This document shows positions 36,107 to 45,851 of a DNA stretch of 64,000 nucleotides, in pieces. The notes under the pieces are model-generated. The model did no database searches, was not told the origin of the DNA, and worked only from the letters and a program-made list of their open reading frames with translations. The translations under genes and the position numbers were made by a program. Origin of the DNA: a virus; the UHGV virus genome UHGV-0219032. One strand, given 5' to 3'. Each line of letters begins with the position of its first letter. Position 1 is the stretch's first letter.

Positions 36107-36199
36107 TAAAAGTTATTAATGAAAGGTACATACAGCAATTAATTAATTTTCTATAAATAATGGTTTTAGGGATAGAATAGAATATAGTACCTTGAAATT

Positions 36200-36751
36200 T
36201 TGGGTTTTAACTGTATTATAAGGGAAGTGATATATATTAATAATATAGTTTATATAAAACATTTTGATAATGGTAAGAAATATATTGGTATAACAAATAA
36301 TTTTAAAAGAAGAATGTATGAACATATAAAAAGTGCATATAAAAATAATAGTAAACTTCCTGTACATAATGCCATGAGAAAATATAATCATACAACAGAA
36401 ATTGTATTTATGAGTAACTGTTATGATGATGTTTTAAAAATGGAAAAGATTATTATAAAAAATTTTAAAGATATTGGAATTGATTTATATAATATTACAG
36501 ATGGAGGAGAAGGAAGTTTAGGATTAAAAGTATCAAATGAAACAAAATTAAAAATTAGTAATTCTTTAAAGGGAAATAATAATCCACGTTCAAGAACTAA
36601 AGAACATTATGCTATAACTCCAACTATGAGAAATAATTTTAAGACTACATGTAAACGTATGGGTTGGGATTTTAATTATTTTATTGAAGTATATAGCGGT
36701 CAAAATAGTCATGAACATAAAAAGTATTATTATATTGAAAAATTTATGTAA
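36200..36751 (+). CDS. GIY-YIG homing endonuclease with NUMOD3-like motif, inserted in tRNA cluster (start codon uncertain, TTG/GTG)
   Basis: VYIKHFDNGKKYIGITNNFKRRMYEH (GIY...YIG...R...E), NITDGGEG; ETKLKISNSLKG (NUMOD3-like). Confidence 0.7.
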   Translation: MGFNCIIREVIYINNIVYIKHFDNGKKYIGITNNFKRRMYEHIKSAYKNNSKLPVHNAMRKYNHTTEIVFMSNCYDDVLKMEKIIIKNFKDIGIDLYNITDGGEGSLGLKVSNETKLKISNSLKGNNNPRSRTKEHYAITPTMRNNFKTTCKRMGWDFNYFIEVYSGQNSHEHKKYYYIEKFM

Positions 36752-36755
36752 AACC

Positions 36756-36801
36756 GGCTGTTTAAGTACATAACTTGGTTCGATTCCAAGAACACTCACC
36801 A
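36756..36801 (+). other. orphan 3' half of a tRNA (T-arm + acceptor 3' strand + CCA) with no matching 5' half nearby
   Basis: cttgg-TTCGATT-ccaag aacactc a CCA. The required 5' acceptor gagtgtt is not found within 700 bp upstream. Confidence 0.5.
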
Positions 36802-36804
36802 TAT

Positions 36805-36877
36805 GCCTATATAGTTCAGTTGGTAGAACAAGGGTGCAGAAACACCCATGTCGCTGGTTCGACTCTAGTTATAGGCA
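36805..36877 (+). tRNA. tRNA-like gene with aberrant anticodon arm (6-nt loop cagaaa closed by gggtg/caccc); possibly Phe-like or a pseudo-tRNA
   Basis: Good acceptor gcctata/tataggc, D-arm gttc-agttggta-gaac and T-loop TTCGACT. Anticodon region does not fit a 5-bp stem plus 7-nt loop. Confidence 0.45.
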
Positions 36878-36979
36878 ACACTCGGTTGGTAGACCCGTAA
36901 AACTACCAAATTGCTCATATACCAAGTGTATAATGAGATACCAGCTCGACAATGTCAGAACTGGCTTTTATAATTAAAT

Positions 36980-37053
36980 GGGGATTTCGCCTAAAAGTAG
37001 GGCAATAGTCTGCAAAACTATTTGAAGCGGGGCAGTACCGCTAATCCCCTCCA
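36980..37053 (+). tRNA. tRNA-Cys (GCA) with non-canonical T-loop (ggcagta), CCA encoded
   Basis: Acceptor ggggatt/aatcccc, anticodon stem atagt/actat with loop ctgcaaa. Confidence 0.6.
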
Positions 37054-37057
37054 AAAA

Positions 37058-37132
37058 TGTGGGTTAGAGTAGTGGTTACTCATTAGTCTCATAAGATAAT
37101 TTAGGTCAGTTCAATTCTGACACCCGTAACCA
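37058..37132 (+). tRNA. tRNA with CAT anticodon (Met/fMet or Ile2), CCA encoded
   Basis: Anticodon loop ctcataa, D-arm gagt/actc, T-arm gtcag-TTCAATT-ctgac. Acceptor has two G-U pairs; anticodon stem one mismatch. Confidence 0.55.
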
Positions 37133-37136
37133 ATGT

Positions 37137-37225
37137 GATAGTGTAACCCTAATAGTAAGGGAACAGTTTGCTAAACTGTGAGTAGTGTTTTACACGTGTT
37201 GGTGCAAGTCCAATCGCTATCGCCA
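37137..37225 (+). tRNA. tRNA-Ser (GCT), long variable arm, CCA encoded
   Basis: Anticodon stem acagt/actgt with loop ttgctaa, extra arm gtgt-ttt-acac, acceptor gatagtg/cgctatc. Confidence 0.6.
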
Positions 37226-37229
37226 ATAT

Positions 37230-37304
37230 TTCGAGATAGCCAAGCGGTAAGGCAACGGATTTTGACTCCGTCATGCGAATGTTCAAATCATTCTCTCGAA
37301 ACCA
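37230..37304 (+). tRNA. tRNA-Gln (TTG), CCA encoded
   Basis: Acceptor ttcgaga/tctcgaa, anticodon stem acgga/tccgt with loop ttttgac, T-arm gaatg-TTCAAAT-cattc. Confidence 0.7.
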
Positions 37305-37771
37305 TTTTTAATTATATAATTAAATATGGAGAACCCTTGCCATAGTGGGATATAGGGTATAAAATCCCAACAAATAAACCTTATTAGTTAAGGATATATG
37401 AAACGTACATCAGCAATATAATTTTATTATGTAAAAAATATATCAATTACAAATTTCTTATTAAAAGATTTCATAAATTATCACCTCCATAAAGTTATAT
37501 AGTACGTTGTTAAGAATATATTAAATGAACGTCAGCAAATAAATATTTCAGATGAAAAAGGGTTTTAATAGAACAAATGAAGATATATGATTATAATAAA
37601 AATAATCACAACAATTTTATGTTCATTGTTTATATTCTAATTAAATTAAGGAGTGATATTATGAATTTTAATTCATTATTAATGTTTATAACTTGTAACC
37701 ATGATATTACTAATGTTATGGCTTACATATTATCAAATATATTTTAATTATATATGGAGGTATTTTAAAAT

Positions 37772-39082
37772 ATGAGAGAGTTGCAAAAAATATTTGCCAA
37801 AAAGAAAACAGAAAATGGAGATGATTCCTATAAGACAACAGGTAATAAAATGATAGATTTATTGTTTATGACACAATATTTCAGAAATCATTTAAACCAT
37901 GCTCATATAGGTGATAGTGAAAAAGAAAAATTATTTGCTAAATTTATTAGAGACCCAAGATATGGTATTGGAGAAAGAGATTTAGGTAGAGTATTAATGG
38001 CTCAAGCTAATATATCTCCAATGGAAGTATTAGAATGTGGTAGAGCTGATGATTTGATTTATATGTCTATTGAAAGTGGAGATAATAAATATATAAATCA
38101 TTTTATTGAATTGTTAAAGAATGGAGATTATCATATGAAAAAATGGTCTCCTAGATTAACAAGTGGTAATAAATCAAAACAAATAGCTAAGTTTATTAGA
38201 AAACAATTAAAATTGACTGAAAAAGAATATAGACAGTTAATTAAATGTGATACAACAGAAATGAGAGTTTGTCATCATACTCCAGTTAAAGATTATTCTC
38301 AAGTTCCATCATTAGCATTTTTAAAACATAAAAATACATTCCTTAAACAAGATGAAGAAAGATTTAAAAAGTTTATGGAAGAAGTTAATAATGGTACTAA
38401 GAAAATTAAAACATCAACAACAACACCATATGATGTATTTAAAAAATGTGTTAAAAATAATTATTATGGAGAAATAAGGGTTGACAAAGATGCAAATATA
38501 TTATTTAATTCATTACCACAAATAAATGTTGGTAGTATTTTACCAATAATTGATAATAGTGCATCAATGTATGATGAATGTGATTCTCAAGGAAAAGCAA
38601 AAGCAATAGGACATTATGTTGCTAAAAACTCAACATATATGCCTAACTATGTTGTAACATTTAGTTCAAATCCAAAATTATTAAAATTAGGTAATACATA
38701 TGAAGAAGATATGAAAAAATTAACTTCATATGATGATTGTTCTAATACAGATTTTGGTAGAGTTATGAATTTATTAGGTCAACTTGAAGAAGATGTACCA
38801 GATTATTTATTGGTATTATCAGATATGGAATTTGATATTGGTTCTAGTGCATCTAAAACTAAAACAATGAAAAAATTTAAAGAAAAAGGTATTAAAACTA
38901 GAATTATTTGGTGGAATTTTAATACTAGAAATACAACTTCACCAGAGATGGATTATGAAGGAAATATTTTTATAAGTGGTTATTCTCCACAATTATTAAA
39001 ATTCCTAGAGAGTGGTTTTAATGCTGAACAATTTTTAGATAAGCTTTTAGAAGAATATCAAAATAAAATAGCAAATAAATAA
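37772..39082 (+). CDS. von Willebrand factor A domain protein (DUF2828/TROVE-like N-terminus)
   Basis: N-term ENGDDSYKTTGNKMIDLLF... (DUF2828-like), MIDAS DNSAS (DxSxS) at ILPIIDNSASMYDE. Confidence 0.45.
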   Translation: MRELQKIFAKKKTENGDDSYKTTGNKMIDLLFMTQYFRNHLNHAHIGDSEKEKLFAKFIRDPRYGIGERDLGRVLMAQANISPMEVLECGRADDLIYMSIESGDNKYINHFIELLKNGDYHMKKWSPRLTSGNKSKQIAKFIRKQLKLTEKEYRQLIKCDTTEMRVCHHTPVKDYSQVPSLAFLKHKNTFLKQDEERFKKFMEEVNNGTKKIKTSTTTPYDVFKKCVKNNYYGEIRVDKDANILFNSLPQINVGSILPIIDNSASMYDECDSQGKAKAIGHYVAKNSTYMPNYVVTFSSNPKLLKLGNTYEEDMKKLTSYDDCSNTDFGRVMNLLGQLEEDVPDYLLVLSDMEFDIGSSASKTKTMKKFKEKGIKTRIIWWNFNTRNTTSPEMDYEGNIFISGYSPQLLKFLESGFNAEQFLDKLLEEYQNKIANK

Positions 39083-39086
39083 AATA

Positions 39087-39117
39087 AAGGGGTACATTTG
39101 CTACCCCTTATTTTTTA
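39087..39117 (+). terminator. rho-independent terminator
   Basis: aaggggtacatttgctacccctt + attttttat. Confidence 0.55.
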
Positions 39118-39133
39118 TAATAGGAGGATAAAA

Positions 39134-39913
39134 GTGAAATTACAAAAAAGAGGTTATCAACATTATTATATAAATCAAGAAGATGTACCAAAGGATTTAG
39201 GAGCTGATACAGCTATAATTTACGAAACACCAAGTAGAATATATGGGTATGATGATTTATTTAGTTTAGCTACAATGAATATAAAAGGTATAAATTATCA
39301 AAATATTAATAAAGAAAATTTAACTCATAACTTGGTATTTTGTTGGAAACAAATAGAAAATTTAAAAAGAGAATTAGCAAGTGAAAAAATTAAAAATGAA
39401 ATATTAACAAAGAGATTAGCTGATTATAATATTCAAACATCTTTAACTCCAGAGGAAATAGAAGAATATGAATTTATGTTATCAGAAATACTAACTAGAG
39501 AAATTAAAAAAATAACAGATGAACCATCAGTAATTAATCTTAAAGAAGAAATCACAAATAGAGTAAGAGCTGAATTAGCTAAGGTAGAATATGAAACTAA
39601 AAATTCATACAAATATAATATAGTAAGAATTAATAATGCTTTAAAATATAATGATATACTTTTAGATAATGTTATGAATGGTAAAAGTAGAGATTTATCT
39701 ATTAAAGATAGAGCTAAGGTAATTTTAGATATTCAAAAGGCTAATAGGGATAATATTATTCAATTAAAAGAAATTTGTAAGGAATTAGGTATTAATTTTA
39801 AAGATACCCAAAATCCACAAATAGAGAATGAAAATGTAACACCAGAAAACCAAAATAATAATAGTCAATCAAGTAAAATAGATTTAGGTTCATTTTTAAA
39901 TTTAAATAAATAG
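39134..39913 (+). CDS. hypothetical coiled-coil protein (possible small terminase subunit by position); start moved to GTG with RBS aggagg
   Basis: Track ORF begins inside terminator; GTG at 39134 has RBS ataggaggataaaa. Confidence 0.3.
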   Translation: MKLQKRGYQHYYINQEDVPKDLGADTAIIYETPSRIYGYDDLFSLATMNIKGINYQNINKENLTHNLVFCWKQIENLKRELASEKIKNEILTKRLADYNIQTSLTPEEIEEYEFMLSEILTREIKKITDEPSVINLKEEITNRVRAELAKVEYETKNSYKYNIVRINNALKYNDILLDNVMNGKSRDLSIKDRAKVILDIQKANRDNIIQLKEICKELGINFKDTQNPQIENENVTPENQNNNSQSSKIDLGSFLNLNK

Positions 39914-39922
39914 GTGATAATT

Positions 39923-41884
39923 ATGCTAGATAGACTTTCAGATGGAGAATTAAATCAACTTAAATCTATTGAAGTTGTTATTAATGATATTAAATGTGGA
40001 ATGAATATAAACGAAAATATAAAATTATTATCTATTAGGCATAATATAACAAAATCTTATTTACAAGATATTAGAAAACCATTTTTACATGAAGATGATT
40101 TAAGATATATTGAAGATTTAAATAATAGGATATGGCAAATATTAGAACCAGTTTATGATAACTTATCACAATTAGCTTTGGAACATATGCACCAATGGTA
40201 CAAAAGGGTTAGAAAAGCTAGTGGAGAAGTTGACCCAAAACTATATCAATATCAATTAGATTTAGCATTTTGGTTACTTTCAGCTATAATAAAAAATGAA
40301 TTGCCAGATGCTCTATATACATTATTGGTAAGTAGAGGAAGTGGAAAAACATTTACTCTTTCTGTTGTCGCTGTATTTCTTTTATTACATTGGGAGAATT
40401 ATATTCTACATAATTCATCAACAGATTGGGTTTTAATAGTAACAGCTCCACAAGACGACCAATTAGCATCATTTAAAAATTATATTAATGAATTAATTGA
40501 TGTTTCAAAAAGTATAGGTATAATTTCTGATTCTTACAAAATATCATCTGAAATGAATTTAGTTCAAACTAAAAGAAATGATAAAGAACTTAATATAAAT
40601 AGAGATAATGGGGCTAAATATGGAATAGTATATTTTAGATTAGGTTCTCAACAAGTAGAATCATTACATGGAAATTTATTACTTTCAGATGAAAGTAAAT
40701 TCTTAACTAAACAAGCAATTCAAACATCTATGCTACCAGCTGTTGGAGGTAGAAGTGGTATATTTGTTATGCTATCTTCAGCTCATAATAAATGGTCTCA
40801 ATACCAAGAATATGTAGAAATGAATATGGAATTAGATTTAGAGGATTATCATAATCTCGGAACTAGATGTATTATGAGCGGTTCAAATGAAACTAGAGAT
40901 TTATGTTTTAATGGTAGAAGATTATTTATTCAACATTGGTCTCAAATGATTAGATATAATAATAAATATGCAATAACTATTCAAAGAGCTTTAAATGCTG
41001 TGGATAATAATAGAGATGAGGAATCATTTGCTACACAATATGATAATAGATTTTTGGCTGTAAAATCAGCATCATTCTTTGATATAAGAGCATTAAAAGA
41101 AATGAAAACTGTATTCCAACATTATGATGCTCATAAATATCTAAATAATTATAATTATTGTATTATTGCTGGTGTAGACTTTGCTATTACTGGGGATATT
41201 TCAGATTTTACTATTAAAGCAGTACCAAATACATGGGGAACTAATAGAGAGTCTATATTATTATTTAAATATGTATTAAATCCAAGTAAAGATAAAAATA
41301 TAGATGCTATAATTAATCAATTACATATTATATTTAAATATGTAAAATTATATAATATTTCAGCAATTATATTTGATGAAACTGGATTAGGCAAATCATC
41401 TCCAGAATTATTCAAAGAAATTTTAAGAAAAAATAATTATACAAAATTATCAGAAAATAATGTATATGGTTTTGAATTTAAAGCAAAGAAGAGAACAGAT
41501 TTATTGGAATTTTATTGGGGTAGAATCCAGGCCGGAAAAGAAATTATGCCAAATATTCCAAAAGAGTGGGAAGATGAAGATACATTAAAAAGATTATATA
41601 TGGAAGCTGTAAATAAAATTGATGAGAAATCATGCTATATTAGACATATACATGAACATGCTATGTTTTCAAGAAATGAAATTAAGAATGATAACATGGA
41701 AGTAGTAGTAGAATATAGACAAGCAAATTATAAATATTTACATGATGATAGTATAATGAGTAGTTCTATGTGTTCATATATATTATATCTAAATCCAAAT
41801 ATACATTCTTTGGGAGAACAAGCACAAATAACAACTTTAAAAACAGCTCAAATATTAAAAAATAGATTTAGAAGAGGTAGATAA
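39923..41884 (+). CDS. terL: terminase large subunit
   Basis: Walker A LVSRGSGKTF, Walker B-like region, C-terminal RNase H-like nuclease motif IIAGVDFAITGD. Confidence 0.7.
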   Translation: MLDRLSDGELNQLKSIEVVINDIKCGMNINENIKLLSIRHNITKSYLQDIRKPFLHEDDLRYIEDLNNRIWQILEPVYDNLSQLALEHMHQWYKRVRKASGEVDPKLYQYQLDLAFWLLSAIIKNELPDALYTLLVSRGSGKTFTLSVVAVFLLLHWENYILHNSSTDWVLIVTAPQDDQLASFKNYINELIDVSKSIGIISDSYKISSEMNLVQTKRNDKELNINRDNGAKYGIVYFRLGSQQVESLHGNLLLSDESKFLTKQAIQTSMLPAVGGRSGIFVMLSSAHNKWSQYQEYVEMNMELDLEDYHNLGTRCIMSGSNETRDLCFNGRRLFIQHWSQMIRYNNKYAITIQRALNAVDNNRDEESFATQYDNRFLAVKSASFFDIRALKEMKTVFQHYDAHKYLNNYNYCIIAGVDFAITGDISDFTIKAVPNTWGTNRESILLFKYVLNPSKDKNIDAIINQLHIIFKYVKLYNISAIIFDETGLGKSSPELFKEILRKNNYTKLSENNVYGFEFKAKKRTDLLEFYWGRIQAGKEIMPNIPKEWEDEDTLKRLYMEAVNKIDEKSCYIRHIHEHAMFSRNEIKNDNMEVVVEYRQANYKYLHDDSIMSSSMCSYILYLNPNIHSLGEQAQITTLKTAQILKNRFRRGR

Positions 41885-41892
41885 TACCTCTT

Positions 41893-41939
41893 TTTATAAT
41901 TGACATAACATTTTTCTCGTCAGTATTATGTGAAAGAGA
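41893..41939 (+). promoter_or_regulatory. 47-bp conserved promoter/leader element, copy 2
   Basis: Identical to 35516-35562; followed by RBS agagagg and ATG at 41946. Confidence 0.55.
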
Positions 41940-41945
41940 GGTATT

Positions 41946-42287
41946 ATGAGAAAAGAAATATATGATTATCAAATTTTATATTTTGATAAAGAATATAAAA
42001 ATAAAATAATTAAATATGTTGTTGATAAAATTGTGAATAAGGAAAAAGCTGAAACAACATTTATTTTTATATCAGAATTAGATAAGGATAATCGTGCAAT
42101 TCTTGATTCAATTACATTACCTTATGCTATTGTGGAAAATATAAGAGTTTTATCTTTTTATTTATCTGATGATAATATAGTTAAAAAAGATGAACAAATT
42201 GATATAATGAGACACAATATATCTTATAGAAAAAACAATTATAATAGATTTTTTAAAGTTATGGGAGGTGGAAGAAAATTTATCTAA
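41946..42287 (+). CDS. hypothetical protein
   Basis: ORF after conserved element. Confidence 0.35.
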   Translation: MRKEIYDYQILYFDKEYKNKIIKYVVDKIVNKEKAETTFIFISELDKDNRAILDSITLPYAIVENIRVLSFYLSDDNIVKKDEQIDIMRHNISYRKNNYNRFFKVMGGGRKFI

Positions 42288-42394
42288 ATGGACAATTATT
42301 AAATAAAACTAGAAATCAAATAGAAGCAATAAAAAATAAAGTAATTTATAGTAACTATTTAGATGATAGATATAGAATATTCTCTGAAAGATTT

Positions 42395-43714
42395 ATGGAT
42401 AGAGATACATTAAATTCCAATGAAGCTTTACCAAAAGAAGCATTTTATCCCACTAATGACTTTAAAGATGTTATTTCTGAAATTACAAATCAATTACCAA
42501 CAAACTTTAATATAGTTGGTAAAGAATCTGAATTTTTAAGAAGGGTTTTGGTAGATGGTTCTCATTTTAAAAGTATGATAAATGCTGTTTATGAAGAAGG
42601 TTTATTATCAAAATCAGCTTTTGTTTTAATGAAACCAAAATTATCAACTACAAGTGAAGATTTAATGGTTGTAGATTTTGAAGTTCTACCATATGAAAAT
42701 TGTTATCCAGAATATGATATTTTTACTAATGAATTAAATAAATTAACTTATCAAGAAGAAAGAATATATATGGATGTAGATGAGGAAATTAAATTTCTTT
42801 ATACAGTTATATATACAAAAGATAAAATACAAACATTCATTAGGGATTATTCTGGAAAAAGAATTGCAAATTTGCCAGATAATCAAATTGTTGAAAATCC
42901 ATTTAAAAGTATAAACTTATTACCAGTTGTGGAGTTTAAATGTATTAAACAAAAAAATGATAAGGCTTTTGCAAGTAAATTAATAGAGATACAATTACAA
43001 TTAGATAATCTTAATACAAATATTGAAAATTTAATTAATATGCACTCTAATCCAATTTACATTATAAAAAATACTAGAAGAATGTGGAATGGTTTTTTAT
43101 TAGGTGCTGGACAGATATTAACATTACAAGATGATGAAGATTTTGATATAAAAAGGTCTGATATGCAACTTGTAGCACTTGATACTAGATATAATATGAA
43201 AAGAGATGAAATATATAAAACGTCTGGATTAGTTCCACCATCATTAAGAGAGAAAATGTATGGTACGGATTCATCAAAGGTTGTTAAAATTGCATCATCT
43301 GAACTAATTGGTGTAGCTAGAATATTAATGAATAATTTTAAAAAACCTTTATTATCAATAGTTCAAGTTTTATTAAGTTTAAATGGAAAAACTTTTACTA
43401 ATGAAACTATATCACCACCCGAAGAAGTATTACCATATGATTTAGAAACAGTTTTTGCAACAATGGCTGTTGGTATGAATTTAGGTCTTGTAGATGATGA
43501 ATGGTTTTGGAATAAATATATGCCAGAGATTTCTGAAGAACAAAAAGAAAGAATTAGAGATTCATACAAAGAAAGATATGGTAGTAGTGAAACAAATAAT
43601 AATAGTGCATTAAATGTTGATAATAGAGCTAAAGTACCAGATAAACCAATGGGAAATAAAGAACAAGCAAATACAAGTAAAGAAGATAGAGATGGAAAAG
43701 TTAAAAAAGAATAG
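42395..43714 (+). CDS. putative portal protein
   Basis: Position after terminase, size 439 aa, acidic C-terminal tail; no motif-level proof. Confidence 0.35.
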   Translation: MDRDTLNSNEALPKEAFYPTNDFKDVISEITNQLPTNFNIVGKESEFLRRVLVDGSHFKSMINAVYEEGLLSKSAFVLMKPKLSTTSEDLMVVDFEVLPYENCYPEYDIFTNELNKLTYQEERIYMDVDEEIKFLYTVIYTKDKIQTFIRDYSGKRIANLPDNQIVENPFKSINLLPVVEFKCIKQKNDKAFASKLIEIQLQLDNLNTNIENLINMHSNPIYIIKNTRRMWNGFLLGAGQILTLQDDEDFDIKRSDMQLVALDTRYNMKRDEIYKTSGLVPPSLREKMYGTDSSKVVKIASSELIGVARILMNNFKKPLLSIVQVLLSLNGKTFTNETISPPEEVLPYDLETVFATMAVGMNLGLVDDEWFWNKYMPEISEEQKERIRDSYKERYGSSETNNNSALNVDNRAKVPDKPMGNKEQANTSKEDRDGKVKKE

Positions 43715-43722
43715 GAGGAAGA

Positions 43723-44286
43723 ATGGAGAATAAAAAAATAAAATATTGGTTACATGCTGATGAAGATGATAAAAAAGAGCCAGATAAAAAAGAACCAGAA
43801 CAAAAGAAAGAACCAACTTTTAATGAAGATGAGTTCTTAAAAAAAATAATGGAAGCTGTGGATAAAAAATTAGAAGGAATTAAAATTAATCCTCAAGAAC
43901 CAGAAAAAAAGAAAGAATCAGAAAAGGAAGATAAAGAAATTCAAAATAGAGACCCAAGAGTTGATGATATAATAGAAAATCTCAAGGCTCAAAATCAATT
44001 ATTCTTAATGAATAAAAAAGAAGAATTGAAATCAAAATATAATTTATCAGATGAAGATGTAGCTGAAATAAATACTTTAGAAGATTTAAATAAGTATGAA
44101 AAAATTTATGCTAAATCTTTTGAGAAAGCAAAAGAAACATATTTATCAGAGGAAACAATAGCTAAAGAATTAGCAAAAAGAAAAAAAATGATTGCTGATA
44201 TGGATAATAAACCCGGAGAAGAAGCTATGAAAAAACAACATGATAATATGACTAAAGAAATATTTAAACTTATTAATAAAAAATAA
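43723..44286 (+). CDS. putative scaffolding protein (acidic, K/E-rich, coiled coil)
   Basis: Composition and position between portal and capsid candidates. Confidence 0.35.
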   Translation: MENKKIKYWLHADEDDKKEPDKKEPEQKKEPTFNEDEFLKKIMEAVDKKLEGIKINPQEPEKKKESEKEDKEIQNRDPRVDDIIENLKAQNQLFLMNKKEELKSKYNLSDEDVAEINTLEDLNKYEKIYAKSFEKAKETYLSEETIAKELAKRKKMIADMDNKPGEEAMKKQHDNMTKEIFKLINKK

Positions 44287-44297
44287 AGGAGGACTAA

Positions 44298-44717
44298 ATG
44301 GCAAAATTAACAATAGTTGCAGTTCAACATGAATGTGGAGCTGAAGGTTTAAGAGGACAAGGTTATCCAATAATTGCAAAGGCTAAATTAACTAAAGGTC
44401 AAATAGTAACAGCTGGTGGAGAATTAGCAAGTGCTACTGATGCAAATAAACCACCTTTTGGATATGTAGGTTGGGATACAGGAGAAAGAATGGGAGAGGT
44501 TGCAAAAGACCAAATATTTAGAGCTGTAAGGGAAGCTTGGGTAGAATTAGATACAGCAAAACCAGCTGGAACTAAAATATATCTATCTGACACAGCAGGA
44601 GAATTAGCTGATGCTCAAGGAACAACACCTATGATAGTTGGTTATTACATAGCTGACCCAGAAAACCCAACATCAAATTCAACAATGGCAATATTAGATT
44701 TTTCAAATTTATATTAA
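44298..44717 (+). CDS. hypothetical head protein (Ala/Gly-rich; possible decoration or head-maturation protein)
   Basis: Strong RBS aaggagg, codon usage and GC noticeably higher than neighbours (highly expressed structural gene pattern). Confidence 0.3.
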   Translation: MAKLTIVAVQHECGAEGLRGQGYPIIAKAKLTKGQIVTAGGELASATDANKPPFGYVGWDTGERMGEVAKDQIFRAVREAWVELDTAKPAGTKIYLSDTAGELADAQGTTPMIVGYYIADPENPTSNSTMAILDFSNLY

Positions 44718-44731
44718 TATAGGAGGAATAA

Positions 44732-45796
44732 ATGGCACAAAAATTTAGTATAAAACAAGATATATTTAAATTTTTAACTGAAAAGCAAAAAGCAGACCAA
44801 TCAACAGGTATGTTAGCATATTCTGATTATGATATGTGGTTTGAAGCTTTATCAAGTATTGAAAAAATAGATTTAACATTAGCTATGATTAACAATTTAG
44901 AAAGATTAGACCCAATGTTAGATTCAATTAAATATGAAACAGAATCAGCACAAGTTGTAGAGGAATATATGGTCGCTAAGTTCAATCAAGGTAACTGGGA
45001 TGTAGCTGGTAAAGCATATAAACCTATTTTACAAGATTTAAATATTCCATATGATGATTATTCTTGTGGTGTAGAAATTTCAGAAAAAATGGCTCTAAAA
45101 AATGAGAATGGTGTAATTAATAGAGTTTTAGGTGCTATTATACCAGCATATCAAAGAATGTTAAGAGGTATGGCTTTAAGGGCTGTTATGATATTACCAT
45201 CTGATGAATCTAAATATACTCCATGTTTCTGGAGAAATACATCTGGATTCTCAAGTGCTGAAAATAAATTAACTCCACACCCAAATGGATTACTTAAATT
45301 TACTAATGCTGAAACACATTATATTGGTAAAAACACTTATGAAAAAGATATGATAAAAGAATTAGATAAGAAAATTAGAAGTAAGGGTTATGGAACAAAT
45401 GGTGTTGTTATAGTTGCATCAGATAGTACATGGGATAAATATGAAGCAGTTTATACAGCAGATGATATGAAAAAAATAGATTTAGTATCTATGACTGATG
45501 AATTTGCTCCAAAAATTGGTGAAATGACTTTAGTTAGATTCCCAGATACAGATTTCCCAGTTGATTATTTCTTTGCATATGACCCAACAGTAACTTTCTT
45601 AGCTCATAAAATTTCTGATAATAAGAACACAAAAGGATTAATGAGAATGTTCTCAACTTTTGAAGAAGCTAGAACATCACATAGAGCTGATTTCAAAGTA
45701 TTTGAAAATGGTATGGGTGTAGTAGAAAAAGGTGCTGGAGCTGTAATGTATGTTGGAAATACAACATATCAAAATCCAGATTTATCAGCTCTTTAA
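44732..45796 (+). CDS. putative major capsid protein
   Basis: 354 aa, strong RBS, followed by terminator hairpin; position in head module. Confidence 0.4.
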   Translation: MAQKFSIKQDIFKFLTEKQKADQSTGMLAYSDYDMWFEALSSIEKIDLTLAMINNLERLDPMLDSIKYETESAQVVEEYMVAKFNQGNWDVAGKAYKPILQDLNIPYDDYSCGVEISEKMALKNENGVINRVLGAIIPAYQRMLRGMALRAVMILPSDESKYTPCFWRNTSGFSSAENKLTPHPNGLLKFTNAETHYIGKNTYEKDMIKELDKKIRSKGYGTNGVVIVASDSTWDKYEAVYTADDMKKIDLVSMTDEFAPKIGEMTLVRFPDTDFPVDYFFAYDPTVTFLAHKISDNKNTKGLMRMFSTFEEARTSHRADFKVFENGMGVVEKGAGAVMYVGNTTYQNPDLSAL

Positions 45797-45811
45797 TAAT
45801 CAATAAAATAT

Positions 45812-45836
45812 GGGGTAGGCAACTACCCCTAATTAA
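45812..45836 (+). terminator. rho-independent terminator-like hairpin after capsid gene
   Basis: ggggtag-gcaa-ctacccc followed by taattaaaat (weak U-tract). Confidence 0.4.
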
Positions 45837-45851
45837 AATAATGGAGGTAAT

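Noticed and set aside
36756-36801. tRNA 3'-half as a phage attP core for integration into a host tRNA gene
   Set aside because: No integrase or recombinase is seen anywhere in the window and the genome looks strictly lytic. The fragment is flanked by a homing endonuclease gene, which better explains it.
36898-36979. Additional tRNA between the aberrant tRNA and tRNA-Cys
   Set aside because: Contains a 5-bp hairpin (ggtag/ctacc) and a D-loop-like agttggtag. But no acceptor/T-arm combination folds into a cloverleaf; at most a degenerate tRNA remnant.
44298-44717. GC-rich 139-aa gene as horizontally acquired foreign DNA
   Set aside because: Flanks are seamless, the RBS and spacing match neighbouring head genes, and Ala/Gly-rich composition is typical of abundant capsid-associated proteins. 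Codon bias from high expression is the likelier explanation.
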